From: a virus
Taxonomy: Duplodnaviria; Heunggongvirae; Uroviricota; Caudoviricetes
Length of the DNA: 64,000 nucleotides
Virus record (IMG/VR): IMGVR_UViG_3300032225_001769
Span: 12,612 to 76,611 of that record
Direction: 5' to 3' (one strand)
Part shown: positions 16,225 through 25,227 of the stretch, one piece after another
Layout: every line of letters begins with the position of its first letter
Numbering within the stretch: the stretch's first letter is position 1
Program-made: the position numbers and the translations under genes
Notes under the pieces: generated by a model
Databases searched by the model: none
Told to the model about the DNA's origin: nothing
What the model saw: only the letters and a program-made list of their open reading frames with translations

Positions 16225-18399
16225 TTAAGCAATTAGTTGCACAAACTCACCCAGAATTTTTTTATTCATTTTTTTGCTCTTCAGACTTTTCACAAATGCA
16301 GACTTAATTTGAGTCTTGGTAGCATCTCCTGCAACATCAAACCCCACTTCATTTGAAAGAGCGGAAGCAGAAATTCCAAAATATGTTTGATAACCAGAAC
16401 TTTTAATTGAAAAGGACTTTTCTTTTTTCCAAATATTTGAAATTTTAAGGTATTCGGCAGAATTATCTTCAGTATAACGACGAATGAAGTTAGAAGCCTG
16501 ACCAGATTCCAAAATTCTCATACCAATAAAGTTAACACTTGGAAAATTATCACGAAGATTGTGAAGAAGAACATCACTAAAATGATTCCATGGTACATTC
16601 AAAGAATATGTATTTCCAGTTTTACGATCTCGCAAAAATGAATTGTTACCTAGACTTCCAACTCCAATGAAAGATGTTTTATCAGCACGGGTCATTTCTC
16701 TATGATAAGGCAAAGTATTTGCTTCACCATCAGTCAAGATTACGCACTGAACTTTTTGAATTTTATGTTCTTTCTGAAAGGCTGGTAGAATTTCATGAAG
16801 AACTACCAAAGTTTCATTTAGAGGAGTTCCGGATAAGTCCAGTCCCATAGGAACTGGATAACTGGTATAACTGCGTTGATAAAAGATGTTGGCAATCCTG
16901 TAAATATTCAACATCTGATCTTCTAGAGTTTTACTATTTGTCTTACTAGTAAGCATGTTCATCAAGGAAAAATGAGGCTCAAGATAAAGAATACCATCTT
17001 TCTTTTTATATCGTGGATCTGGCATAATTGCACTATTGAACTCATCATACTTGACTACTGGATAAGAAGTTGTAAACGAATACACCTCAAAAGGAATATT
17101 GACTTTTTTACAGAACCAGACAAGATTGAAGAGTTGCTTTACAGTATCCAGCAACACTTTATCCATAGAACCAGACCAATCTAGAATGAACACCAGACCA
17201 TGATTCTTGCCCTCTGAAAGCGTTGTAACTTTTCGGAATAGATCTTCATTATATTTGTAGGTATGCAGTCTAGAGCAGTCCAGAACACCTGTACGTGATG
17301 TTGTAGCACGAGCATACGAATCTGCTGCCTTACGACATTCAAACTCCTTCACCAAATAGTTGACTTCCTTTTGTGCAGAACGCTTGAACTCGCGGAAATC
17401 TTTATCAACTTCATTAAAAATTTCCTCAGATTTAAGGTTACGAGTACTAAGATAGGATGTCCAAGATTCACTACAACGATTATGAATCTCCACGTTGTCT
17501 ACAATAATTTTCTTTAGATTAACTTTGGGAATTTCTACATATATGTTTTCAATAGAATGAGGATTTACAAGATCTTTAATCGCTTCTTCCAAAGACTTTA
17601 CGGTTTTTACTTCTGGTTCTTTTGGTTCGGAAGTTTTTTGAATTGGCGAATTTGATGATGTTTGATTAGAATCATTAGAACTAGGACTATTAGAATCTTT
17701 GATTTGAGATTCATCATTTTCACCTTCACCCTCCGAATCTGATTCACCTTGACCATCTTCTTCCTGATCACTAAAGTCAGAAGCAGAATTATTACCAGAA
17801 CCAGGATTCATATTTCCTGATAATTGAATAGAAATTTGAGTCTCTTCCTGCTGATTTTCCTTACAGTACTTATAGAGAGCTTCAGCAGCATCTAGTGCAT
17901 CATTAAAAGTTTCTGCAGAACCAATTTGATCAATGATCTTCTGCTCCTCTTCAGTAAAATTGATGGGAAGAAAATTACCAATTTTAAAATAAAGATTGGC
18001 ACGATCAGCAAGATTATAAGTAGAAATATCATCATCATTGGTAGAAAAGAAATCTTGCTCATGAAGTTCCCTATATCCACCATAGAAAGTCTTGGCAAGA
18101 CCAGCATATTTGCGCTTCATCAATTTCTCAACTCGCGCATCTTCCGTGATGTTTACATATTGTTGAGGAACTCTAACTTGCTTAGTCCAGTCCTCATCAG
18201 GTGTGAATAGAGCATGTCCAACTTCATGACCAACCAGAAGGTCATACACAATATTACTCGCCCTCTCCCACATCGGCAGAGTCAGCACCCGAGTATGGAC
18301 ATTGAAGCAAGCAGTCTCCACTTTCTTATGTTCTACAAGAAGGTCTTCAGTCGCCAAAAGACGGGCGAGCATTCCTTTGATTTCGTGATTGACGGACAT
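16225..18399 (-). CDS. CobT-like VWA-domain protein with N-terminal HExxH peptidase-like domain
   Basis: HEVGHAL, acidic linker, MIDAS DWSGS...GTP...ILTDGE. Confidence 0.88.
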   Translation of the reverse strand: MSVNHEIKGMLARLLATEDLLVEHKKVETACFNVHTRVLTLPMWERASNIVYDLLVGHEVGHALFTPDEDWTKQVRVPQQYVNITEDARVEKLMKRKYAGLAKTFYGGYRELHEQDFFSTNDDDISTYNLADRANLYFKIGNFLPINFTEEEQKIIDQIGSAETFNDALDAAEALYKYCKENQQEETQISIQLSGNMNPGSGNNSASDFSDQEEDGQGESDSEGEGENDESQIKDSNSPSSNDSNQTSSNSPIQKTSEPKEPEVKTVKSLEEAIKDLVNPHSIENIYVEIPKVNLKKIIVDNVEIHNRCSESWTSYLSTRNLKSEEIFNEVDKDFREFKRSAQKEVNYLVKEFECRKAADSYARATTSRTGVLDCSRLHTYKYNEDLFRKVTTLSEGKNHGLVFILDWSGSMDKVLLDTVKQLFNLVWFCKKVNIPFEVYSFTTSYPVVKYDEFNSAIMPDPRYKKKDGILYLEPHFSLMNMLTSKTNSKTLEDQMLNIYRIANIFYQRSYTSYPVPMGLDLSGTPLNETLVVLHEILPAFQKEHKIQKVQCVILTDGEANTLPYHREMTRADKTSFIGVGSLGNNSFLRDRKTGNTYSLNVPWNHFSDVLLHNLRDNFPSVNFIGMRILESGQASNFIRRYTEDNSAEYLKISNIWKKEKSFSIKSSGYQTYFGISASALSNEVGFDVAGDATKTQIKSAFVKSLKSKKMNKKILGEFVQLIA

Positions 18400-18422
18400 T
18401 TGTTTTTGTGCGGTATGACGCT

Positions 18423-18481
18423 ACTATACGAAAAAGGGAGGTGCAAAGACCCCCCCGATGTGCCAGTTTGAAAAGTGGTTC
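18423..18481 (-). promoter_or_regulatory. Promoter with imperfect palindrome (18460-18481), internal terminator (18431-18456) and TATAGT
   Basis: GAACCA-N10-TGGCAC, 31 nt, TATAGT. Confidence 0.65.
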
Positions 18482-18796
18482 TCAACTAGTTCTTGTACCT
18501 TCAACAATACTCTCAATCCATGCTTCACTCATTGCACCCATAATTCCTTCTGCAGACTTCTCATCAGAAGCAAAACCTTCATCAAGAAGATATGAAAGAA
18601 CTTCTTCACGAACTGAACGAGGATTGGTATAGGGATTTACATCAGAACTATACTGGTGCCCACCAACGTTTTTACCAAGATGTTTTCCTAGTCTTCTTTT
18701 TTTCTCCAATTCATGCTGTTGTTTTGGTGTATTCGGTTTTGGAATAAGTTTGCCGGTAATTCCAACTTCTGTCTTATCTTTATCTTTTCTTGCCAT
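18482..18796 (-). CDS. Hypothetical protein sharing the LSYLLDEG module
   Basis: 104 aa, TATAAATA late promoter at 18817-18824. Confidence 0.7.
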   Translation of the reverse strand: MARKDKDKTEVGITGKLIPKPNTPKQQHELEKKRRLGKHLGKNVGGHQYSSDVNPYTNPRSVREEVLSYLLDEGFASDEKSAEGIMGAMSEAWIESIVEGTRTS

Positions 18797-18862
18797 TGTT
18801 ACAAAAACTTTTTAAATATTTATAAAAGAGAAAGTATTCATCTTCTTAAAATTATGAATGAT

Positions 18863-19027
18863 TTATTTAAAATTCTGATAAATGAGTGGAGCGCAATAAG
18901 GTGGGCGCTGTTCCCAAGGAACGTTTTTACGGCGAAGGTCAGAGCATAAACGCTGCTCTAGTGTAGGATTTTCCACGCTCTTCATATGTTGAGAGAGCAT
19001 TTTAAGTAGGAAAAGAAAATCAAGCAT
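18863..19027 (-). CDS. Small hypothetical protein (54 aa, not in ORF track)
   Basis: MLDFLFLLKMLSQHMKSVENPTLEQRLCSDLRRKNVPWEQRPPYCAPLIYQNFK. SD AGGAG and TATAAATA at 19051-19058. Confidence 0.6.
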   Translation of the reverse strand: MLDFLFLLKMLSQHMKSVENPTLEQRLCSDLRRKNVPWEQRPPYCAPLIYQNFK

Positions 19028-19053
19028 TTTAATCTCCTAGTATTTTTTAATAT

Positions 19054-19191
19054 TTATAAAAAAGAAGCACCCTTTTCAGGGTGCTTGTTCTTAAATGCCT
19101 TAAGTCGTGCTTTTGCTTGTCGTAGTGCCTGAGGTTTGAGTTTCCTCTTCTGCTCCTTTTTGGAGTGATGATAGCGATTTGGAACTTGCAT
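19054..19191 (-). CDS. Small very basic protein (45 aa, not in ORF track) whose last codons form a terminator
   Basis: MQVPNRYHHSKKEQKRKLKPQALRQAKARLKAFKNKHPEKGASFL*. Has its own promoter. Confidence 0.75.
   Translation of the reverse strand: MQVPNRYHHSKKEQKRKLKPQALRQAKARLKAFKNKHPEKGASFL
19058..19086 (-). terminator. Intrinsic terminator inside the coding sequence of the 45-aa ORF
   Basis: AAGCACCCT-GAAA-AGGGTGCTT-CTTTTTT. Confidence 0.8.
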
Positions 19192-19213
19192 GGTTCTTTT
19201 TGTTTACGGTTAC

Positions 19214-19270
19214 ATTATACCAAAGAATCTACATTTTTCAATAGGTGTGTGCCAGTTTATTTATTGGCAC
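19214..19270 (-). promoter_or_regulatory. Promoter with perfect-arm palindrome GTGCCA-N10-TGGCAC (19249-19270) and TTGAAA-N16-TATAAT
   Basis: Read directly. Confidence 0.75.
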
Positions 19271-20985
19271 TAGAGTTCAGTTTTGTATGAGAATCCTTTT
19301 CTTTTTTCAAACTTAATCACACTGTTAAATTTATCTTCCAGTCCAATTTTATGAGAAATGACAAATATATTAGTATCTTTAATGTCGTACTTAATAATTT
19401 TTAAAAACTCCTCAGTTCCAAAATTATCTAGAGAACTATCAAAAATCTCATCAAAAATCATTAAATTTGTATTGACAGAATTTTTAACTCTCGCAACTTC
19501 TCTCCAGGCAAATACTAGAGCAAGATTAATTTTTGCCTTCTCACCTTCACTAAAAGAACTATAAGAAAAATCTTCGTGAATAGGTGACTTGATACTCTCA
19601 TTAAATTCTTCATCTAGATGAAAATTAATGTAAAAATCCATCATCTGCAAATAACGATTCACCTGCTGATTAATTAAAGGAAGATATTTTTTGATTATTT
19701 TAGTTTTCACACCATCATCTTTAAGAAGAGAGTATACAAAATCATAATGAATTATCTCTTCTCGCTTATCTCCTAAATTCTCAAATACCGTTTGAAGATT
19801 AGTTTGAAACTCTTCTAACTTTTCATGCTCAGTATTTTTATTTTCAAGTTGTTCGGTAAGTGTTTGAATTTCACTTTCCAAATCTCTAACCTGTCGTTGG
19901 TTAGAGGAAATCCTAGTATTGTTTTGGGAAATATCATTATTGAGTTTTGCAATTTCCTTAGATAAAGCAATAAATTGTCTTTCCCTCTCTTCTTCCAATT
20001 TTATAGATTCTTCAAGGTCTTTATATCCTTTCTGAAGTTCTTTTGCATTATTTTGGGAATCTGAAATTTTATTTAATCGAAACTCCTCATCAATTGTTTG
20101 AGTGCAAGTCGGACAAACCGTATTTTCGGTAAAGAATTTATGCTCTTTGGTAATTGTAGATACTTTTTGAGATATTTTGCCTTTTAGATTGCCCAATTTT
20201 TTCAATTTATCAGTCGCACCAATAACTTCCTCCTGTTCTTTAGTATAACCAAAGATACTTTCTTCAATAACCGAATTTTCAAGCATATACTTGTCAACTT
20301 CGTCAATTAAACTGACGATCTTTTGATTATTGGAATTTATATTGTCCTTTCCACGATTCTCTAATTGTTCAATAAAGTTTTTTTGCATTTTAACTTTATC
20401 TTTAAGAGAATCTTTCTTTAGTTCCAAAGATCTAATCAAATCCTTTCTCTGGCGAATCTTATCTTTAACCAGGGCATTCATTGAAGAAAAAATACGAATA
20501 TCCAATAGATCTTCAATCACTTCACGACGATGTGCCGTAGCCAGTTGCATAAAAGGTACAAAAGTGCTTGAACCCAGAATTACAATCTGGGTAAAACTGC
20601 GATAATTGACCTTTAAAATATTTTCTTCTAGAATTTTTTGATTTGCTCGATCATCTGCTTCTTTATGTAAAACAACCCCATTTACCTCAATATCAAACAC
20701 ACTTGGTTTAATTCCACGACGAACAAGATATTCTTTATTATTCACAGAAAACTCAATCTCTACCAGACAATCCTTTTCGTTGGTGCTGTTAGGGAGTTGA
20801 TTTTTGTTAATTTTACGAAATGATTTGTTAAAGAGAGCAAATGTGAGGGCATCTAGAAGAGTTGATTTTCCCGCACCATTCGTACCAACAATCAAGTTAG
20901 TTTGATTCTTTTGGAAGTCTATCTCAGTAAAATGCTGCCCGGTAGAAAGAAAATTCTTCCATCTAATTTTTTTAAAGATTATCAT
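19270..20985 (-). CDS. gp46: Recombination endonuclease subunit gp46 (SbcC/Rad50-like)
   Basis: GTNGAGKS, CPTC zinc hook, FSEGE signature, FDEIFD. Confidence 0.97.
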   Translation of the reverse strand: MIIFKKIRWKNFLSTGQHFTEIDFQKNQTNLIVGTNGAGKSTLLDALTFALFNKSFRKINKNQLPNSTNEKDCLVEIEFSVNNKEYLVRRGIKPSVFDIEVNGVVLHKEADDRANQKILEENILKVNYRSFTQIVILGSSTFVPFMQLATAHRREVIEDLLDIRIFSSMNALVKDKIRQRKDLIRSLELKKDSLKDKVKMQKNFIEQLENRGKDNINSNNQKIVSLIDEVDKYMLENSVIEESIFGYTKEQEEVIGATDKLKKLGNLKGKISQKVSTITKEHKFFTENTVCPTCTQTIDEEFRLNKISDSQNNAKELQKGYKDLEESIKLEEERERQFIALSKEIAKLNNDISQNNTRISSNQRQVRDLESEIQTLTEQLENKNTEHEKLEEFQTNLQTVFENLGDKREEIIHYDFVYSLLKDDGVKTKIIKKYLPLINQQVNRYLQMMDFYINFHLDEEFNESIKSPIHEDFSYSSFSEGEKAKINLALVFAWREVARVKNSVNTNLMIFDEIFDSSLDNFGTEEFLKIIKYDIKDTNIFVISHKIGLEDKFNSVIKFEKRKGFSYKTEL

Positions 20986-21242
20986 TTTTTGGGAGGAATC
21001 ACAATATCATTTGGAGTAACTATAGCATACTTATAGTTGTAAAGTTTACATGTTCTTATGGCAAGATCATCATCAACTTCTACTATATCCATTTCTTTTT
21101 CTTCTTGATCTTCTAGCATTAATGCATATCGAGTTGCGTCATCTTCATCTTTAAACAAAAACAGAACTTTTTGTCCATATTTGTCCTGGACGGCAAATGC
21201 ACCATCGTCTTTTTGATCCTTAAGTGTAAGTAGAAACATCAC
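20982..21242 (-). CDS. Conserved hypothetical protein between g47 and g46
   Basis: 86 aa, overlaps both neighbours by ATGA. Confidence 0.75.
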   Translation of the reverse strand: MMFLLTLKDQKDDGAFAVQDKYGQKVLFLFKDEDDATRYALMLEDQEEKEMDIVEVDDDLAIRTCKLYNYKYAIVTPNDIVIPPKK

Positions 21243-22279
21243 TCAACTTCGCAAGATTCTTTATAAAGATTATGAAGAATATCTTTAATAATATTCTTAT
21301 CGAATTGAACTTCTGCCTCATCAATATAGCGATTTAGAATTGAAATAGTATTCTCTTCCTCATCAACTACAAACTCTTCACTTTCTTGAATTTCAAAATT
21401 TTCAATAATTTTTAGATCTTGAATACCTGCAGCATAGAGTTTATCTAAAAATTTTTCAAAATCTTTTGGTTTAGTTTTTTTACGAACAATTACTTTAACA
21501 ATCTTATTCTCATATTCCCTAGCATCAAATGTTTGATAAGGAGTATCTTCATAATAAATGTTATAGAATAATTTATAGGGATTATTGATTGGAGTATGAA
21601 TCAAGGTTTCCGTATCAAAAATATGAAATCCACGAGTATCATTTACATCTGTCCAATACATTTCATAAGGATTACCAAGATAGAAGATAGATCCATTGTC
21701 AGAACGAGTATGGTAATGCCCAGAAAATACCTTCGTGAACTTTGAAAAAATATTTGAATCCAGTCCATGATCCTCCATAATTAAATTTTTATTGACATGG
21801 AAACCCTGAAGTTCTAAATGCCCAAAGGCAACTTTTGCTTTGGATTTTTTAATTACATTCATCGTTTCTTCGTGATTCTCACTACAAATCCAAGGAATAA
21901 AGGTCATATCAATACCACCAACCTTTGTATTTGTTGGAGAACTATATGTTTTAATATTTGGATAATCTTTTAGGAGAAGTTCTGGGGCATTAATTTCAGT
22001 AGAATTGCGTAGAAATATATCGTGATTACCAACAATCATATGAACCTCATATTTTCTAAGAGGTTCTAATACAACTCTTCTAGTCCAATCAAGACCCCAG
22101 AAATCAATACTTTTACGATTATCAAAAGCATCGCCCATATGAATGACTACTTCCACTCCGTGCTTTTCTAGGGAAGGAAAGAAGACATTATCATAAAAAA
22201 GTTGGAAATACTCATGTAAATTTTTAGAAGCTTTGCGGGCACTCCAATGGGTGTCAGTTAAGCAGGCTATGATTGTCAT
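21239..22279 (-). CDS. gp47: Recombination endonuclease subunit gp47 (SbcD/Mre11-like)
   Basis: DTH, GDAFD, GNHD, GHLE, SGHYH. Confidence 0.97.
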   Translation of the reverse strand: MTIIACLTDTHWSARKASKNLHEYFQLFYDNVFFPSLEKHGVEVVIHMGDAFDNRKSIDFWGLDWTRRVVLEPLRKYEVHMIVGNHDIFLRNSTEINAPELLLKDYPNIKTYSSPTNTKVGGIDMTFIPWICSENHEETMNVIKKSKAKVAFGHLELQGFHVNKNLIMEDHGLDSNIFSKFTKVFSGHYHTRSDNGSIFYLGNPYEMYWTDVNDTRGFHIFDTETLIHTPINNPYKLFYNIYYEDTPYQTFDAREYENKIVKVIVRKKTKPKDFEKFLDKLYAAGIQDLKIIENFEIQESEEFVVDEEENTISILNRYIDEAEVQFDKNIIKDILHNLYKESCEVE

Positions 22280-22755
22280 CGATTATTATTCCTGTATTGA
22301 ATGTTGTCCTTCATAGTGTTGTATTCTGAATTGCTCCCAGAAAGCAAATTATCATCAATAACCATAACCTCATCAAATCCTGTACGCTCAATAATTTTAT
22401 TTTTAATCTCCAATTGTTTCTTTTCTTTTTGTATTCGTCTCAAAAATGCATAGTGAATAATCTGAGTAAAATATGCAAATGGATTCTGAGATTTTTCTGG
22501 ATTAAAATTATGAATGTATTGAACACAATTCTCAATACCATCAGAAATCATATCCTCCCGAAACATATAATTTACAAAATTTGGTTTGTATGAAAGATGC
22601 GTAGCAATCTTCAAAAAACATCCCCCAATATAATCTGGAATTCTTGGTTTTGGTAAATCATTCTCTTTAGCAAAGGCAACTTTATTACGATGAACCGTAA
22701 TTGCTTCTAGGAATTCTTTATTATTCACATAATGCTCTGATTTCTTTTTGGGCAT
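22276..22755 (-). CDS. gp55: Late-transcription sigma factor gp55
   Basis: HYVNNKEF, FREDMISDGIENC, NPFAYFTQI. Confidence 0.97.
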   Translation of the reverse strand: MPKKKSEHYVNNKEFLEAITVHRNKVAFAKENDLPKPRIPDYIGGCFLKIATHLSYKPNFVNYMFREDMISDGIENCVQYIHNFNPEKSQNPFAYFTQIIHYAFLRRIQKEKKQLEIKNKIIERTGFDEVMVIDDNLLSGSNSEYNTMKDNIQYRNNNR

Positions 22756-22789
22756 AATATCTTACTTTTAAGTTTTATAAGTTATGTTT

Positions 22790-22840
22790 ATTATAGCATA
22801 CCCTAGGGGGCTTGACAAGTAGAGAAATCTTGTGTAGACT
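22790..22840. promoter_or_regulatory. Overlapping divergent sigma70-type promoters
   Basis: Minus: TTGTCA(22818-22813)-N17-TATAAT(22795-22790) toward g55. Plus: TTGACA(22812-22817)-N17-TAGACT(22835-22840). Confidence 0.75.
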
Positions 22841-22867
22841 AGGTTTGTCGCCGTTAAAGATGAGGCT

Positions 22868-23272
22868 TTAGCTTTCTTTAGAGTCTTTAAATATCTTTTC
22901 AAGATTCTTACGAGCATCTTCTACAGTAGAGATATATCCCATCTTATCTGTTATATTAACTTTACCATTATCACTAATTGGTGAGTTAGGTTCATCATTA
23001 AGATATTTGTTATAAAATTTGATAGTGATTGGATCATTAATTTCAGTCATTGTAATCACTTTATCAAATTTGATAAAGTAAAAGTCATCATCCGGAATTT
23101 CCATCCATGGTTTAATTTTTATTATTAGACCACTTTGAGATTGTTGTACTTTCATTATAACAGGATTCTGTAATACAATAATCGGATCACCATCATTTTC
23201 ATCAACACAAATTAATGAAAATATTTCTTCTCCTGATACTAATTTTAATGAGCAATAAAAGTCTTCATTCAT
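22868..23272 (-). CDS. Conserved T4-like hypothetical protein downstream of uvsW
   Basis: LKLVSGEEI...PW motif, 134 aa. Confidence 0.8.
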   Translation of the reverse strand: MNEDFYCSLKLVSGEEIFSLICVDENDGDPIIVLQNPVIMKVQQSQSGLIIKIKPWMEIPDDDFYFIKFDKVITMTEINDPITIKFYNKYLNDEPNSPISDNGKVNITDKMGYISTVEDARKNLEKIFKDSKES

Positions 23273-24734
23273 TATTCTTTAGTGGTATATTTACAATATC
23301 ATAGTTAAAATTTTCTTCAGAGTAGATTTTAATTCGTTCAATTAAGTGATTAAGAGTATAATTCTTTCTTGATTTATAACTAATATCATCGGCAATGTCA
23401 TATAGAGTTGCCTTTACCTTATTCTCACCTTTTCTTAGCACTCTTCCGATTGATTGGAGATTACGGACTCTAGACTTTGAAGGTGAAGCGAAAATAACAT
23501 TATGTAGATTCTTAATGTTAATACCTGTAGAAAATGTACCATAAGAAGCGACAATAATAGCGTTATTTTCCTTTTCTGTAATCTCTCTAACTTTTTCACG
23601 TTCTTCAGTTTCTACGCCACCATGTACGAAGAAAACTTGTCTATCATCAATTTTGCTACTATTTATCATTTCATATAAAGGTTTCCCATGAGTTTCTACA
23701 CGATTAAAAAGCACAAGAGTATTTCCCTTTAAATCTAGTGCAAGATTTTTAATGAAGTTATTTCTTTTTTGATGATTGATAATATATTGAACTTCATCCT
23801 CAAAAGTTTCAAATCTATTCGGTGGATGCTTTAATAGAAGTATTTTAATATCTAACTTAGCTAGATGACCTTTCTTCATAAGTTCATCAGTATTAATGAT
23901 TTTATATGAAGGCCCAAATAATCCTTCTAATACCCATTTGTGAGTTTCACTTCCATCTAGAGTTCCGGTAAACCCAAAACGATACTTAGCATCACAAAGT
24001 TTTGTCATTATAGATATTAATGACTTGGATTTAAATTGGTGTGCCTCATCTCCTACGACTACATTAAATCTGGAAAAATACTGTTTGGGCAATTTGTAGA
24101 TACTTTGCCAAGTAGTAATAATAACTTGGGAGTCAGTTTCTCTTTCTTTACCAGCGTAAATCTTGTGGCAGTATGAACCAACATCAAACCCATAACTTGC
24201 AAAATCTTTATACATTTGCTCTACAAGGGAAGTCGTTGGAACAACTACGAGAATATTTTGTCCTTTCTCAACATAATATCTCACAATACCATATATCATC
24301 AACGACTTTCCAGAAGCAGTTGGAGATATCAATAATTTTCTATTATGTCTTAAAGCGTCGTATACTCCCTCAACTTGATAGTCGCGTGGGGTATGTGAAC
24401 AAATAGTATTTAAATAATCCTTTACACCTTCTTTGGAGATATTTTCATTTACTTCAAAGGGGAGTCCATAATATTTACTATCTTTAAAATCGTATGTGTA
24501 ATCGTGATCTTCACAGAATCTGATAATTCTGTCTAAGAGACCAACATATATCTCTTTAGTGTCTACATTAAACAAATATATACGACCATCCCACCACTTA
24601 TTCTTATATGCAGGAGAAAATTTCGCATTAGGAACTTCAAATTGAAATGCGTCTCTTAATTCGTAATAGACATGAGGTTCTGCAGTAATATGCAAATATA
24701 TCTCATTCTTTTTTGATATAGTCAAATGACTCAT
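23265..24734 (-). CDS. uvsW: SF2 DNA helicase UvsW
   Basis: SPTASGKS, DEAH, TGT, QSIGRVLR. Confidence 0.97.
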   Translation of the reverse strand: MSHLTISKKNEIYLHITAEPHVYYELRDAFQFEVPNAKFSPAYKNKWWDGRIYLFNVDTKEIYVGLLDRIIRFCEDHDYTYDFKDSKYYGLPFEVNENISKEGVKDYLNTICSHTPRDYQVEGVYDALRHNRKLLISPTASGKSLMIYGIVRYYVEKGQNILVVVPTTSLVEQMYKDFASYGFDVGSYCHKIYAGKERETDSQVIITTWQSIYKLPKQYFSRFNVVVGDEAHQFKSKSLISIMTKLCDAKYRFGFTGTLDGSETHKWVLEGLFGPSYKIINTDELMKKGHLAKLDIKILLLKHPPNRFETFEDEVQYIINHQKRNNFIKNLALDLKGNTLVLFNRVETHGKPLYEMINSSKIDDRQVFFVHGGVETEEREKVREITEKENNAIIVASYGTFSTGINIKNLHNVIFASPSKSRVRNLQSIGRVLRKGENKVKATLYDIADDISYKSRKNYTLNHLIERIKIYSEENFNYDIVNIPLKNNE

Positions 24735-24769
24735 TCATAAAATATCGGTTATAGGTATTTATTTGTATT

Positions 24770-24791
24770 AAAAAAGAGGCATTTCTGCCTC
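24770..24791 (-). terminator. Intrinsic terminator after uvsY
   Basis: GAGGCA-GAAA-TGCCTC-TTTTT. Confidence 0.8.
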
Positions 24792-25227
24792 AATTATATC
24801 CTGCAGTAAATTTTAAAAATTCTATACTGTTCTTAATTTGATAACTTCTGTTAGAAATCATCTTAATGACCTCTTCAAGAAACTTAAGTATAATATCATA
24901 GTATCTAATTTTAAGATCAATTTTATTCAATCTCTCATCAGCATCCATATGCCTCTGTATGGCATCTTTCTCTCTTACCTTATACGGAAATGGTTCATCT
25001 ACGTAGACCTCTGCTGGTGCCTTTCCTGTGTAGTAGTTATAGCGTTCTAATCGTACTCTGTTGTAAGTCTCTCTTGCTTTTTCACGAAGAAGAGTAATTG
25101 TATTATATAGAGTATAATATTTCGAATGGAGTTGAGGAATTTTTAGAGATTCATCATGTAAATTATCAGGATCAATGACAGAATCTCTCTGCCACATGTC
25201 TTGAATTTCATCCAAATTTAAATTCAT
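24790..25227 (-). CDS. uvsY: Recombination mediator UvsY
   Basis: D..NL..ESLKIPQLHSKY, RSYQIKNSIEF. Confidence 0.9.
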   Translation of the reverse strand: MNLNLDEIQDMWQRDSVIDPDNLHDESLKIPQLHSKYYTLYNTITLLREKARETYNRVRLERYNYYTGKAPAEVYVDEPFPYKVREKDAIQRHMDADERLNKIDLKIRYYDIILKFLEEVIKMISNRSYQIKNSIEFLKFTAGYN

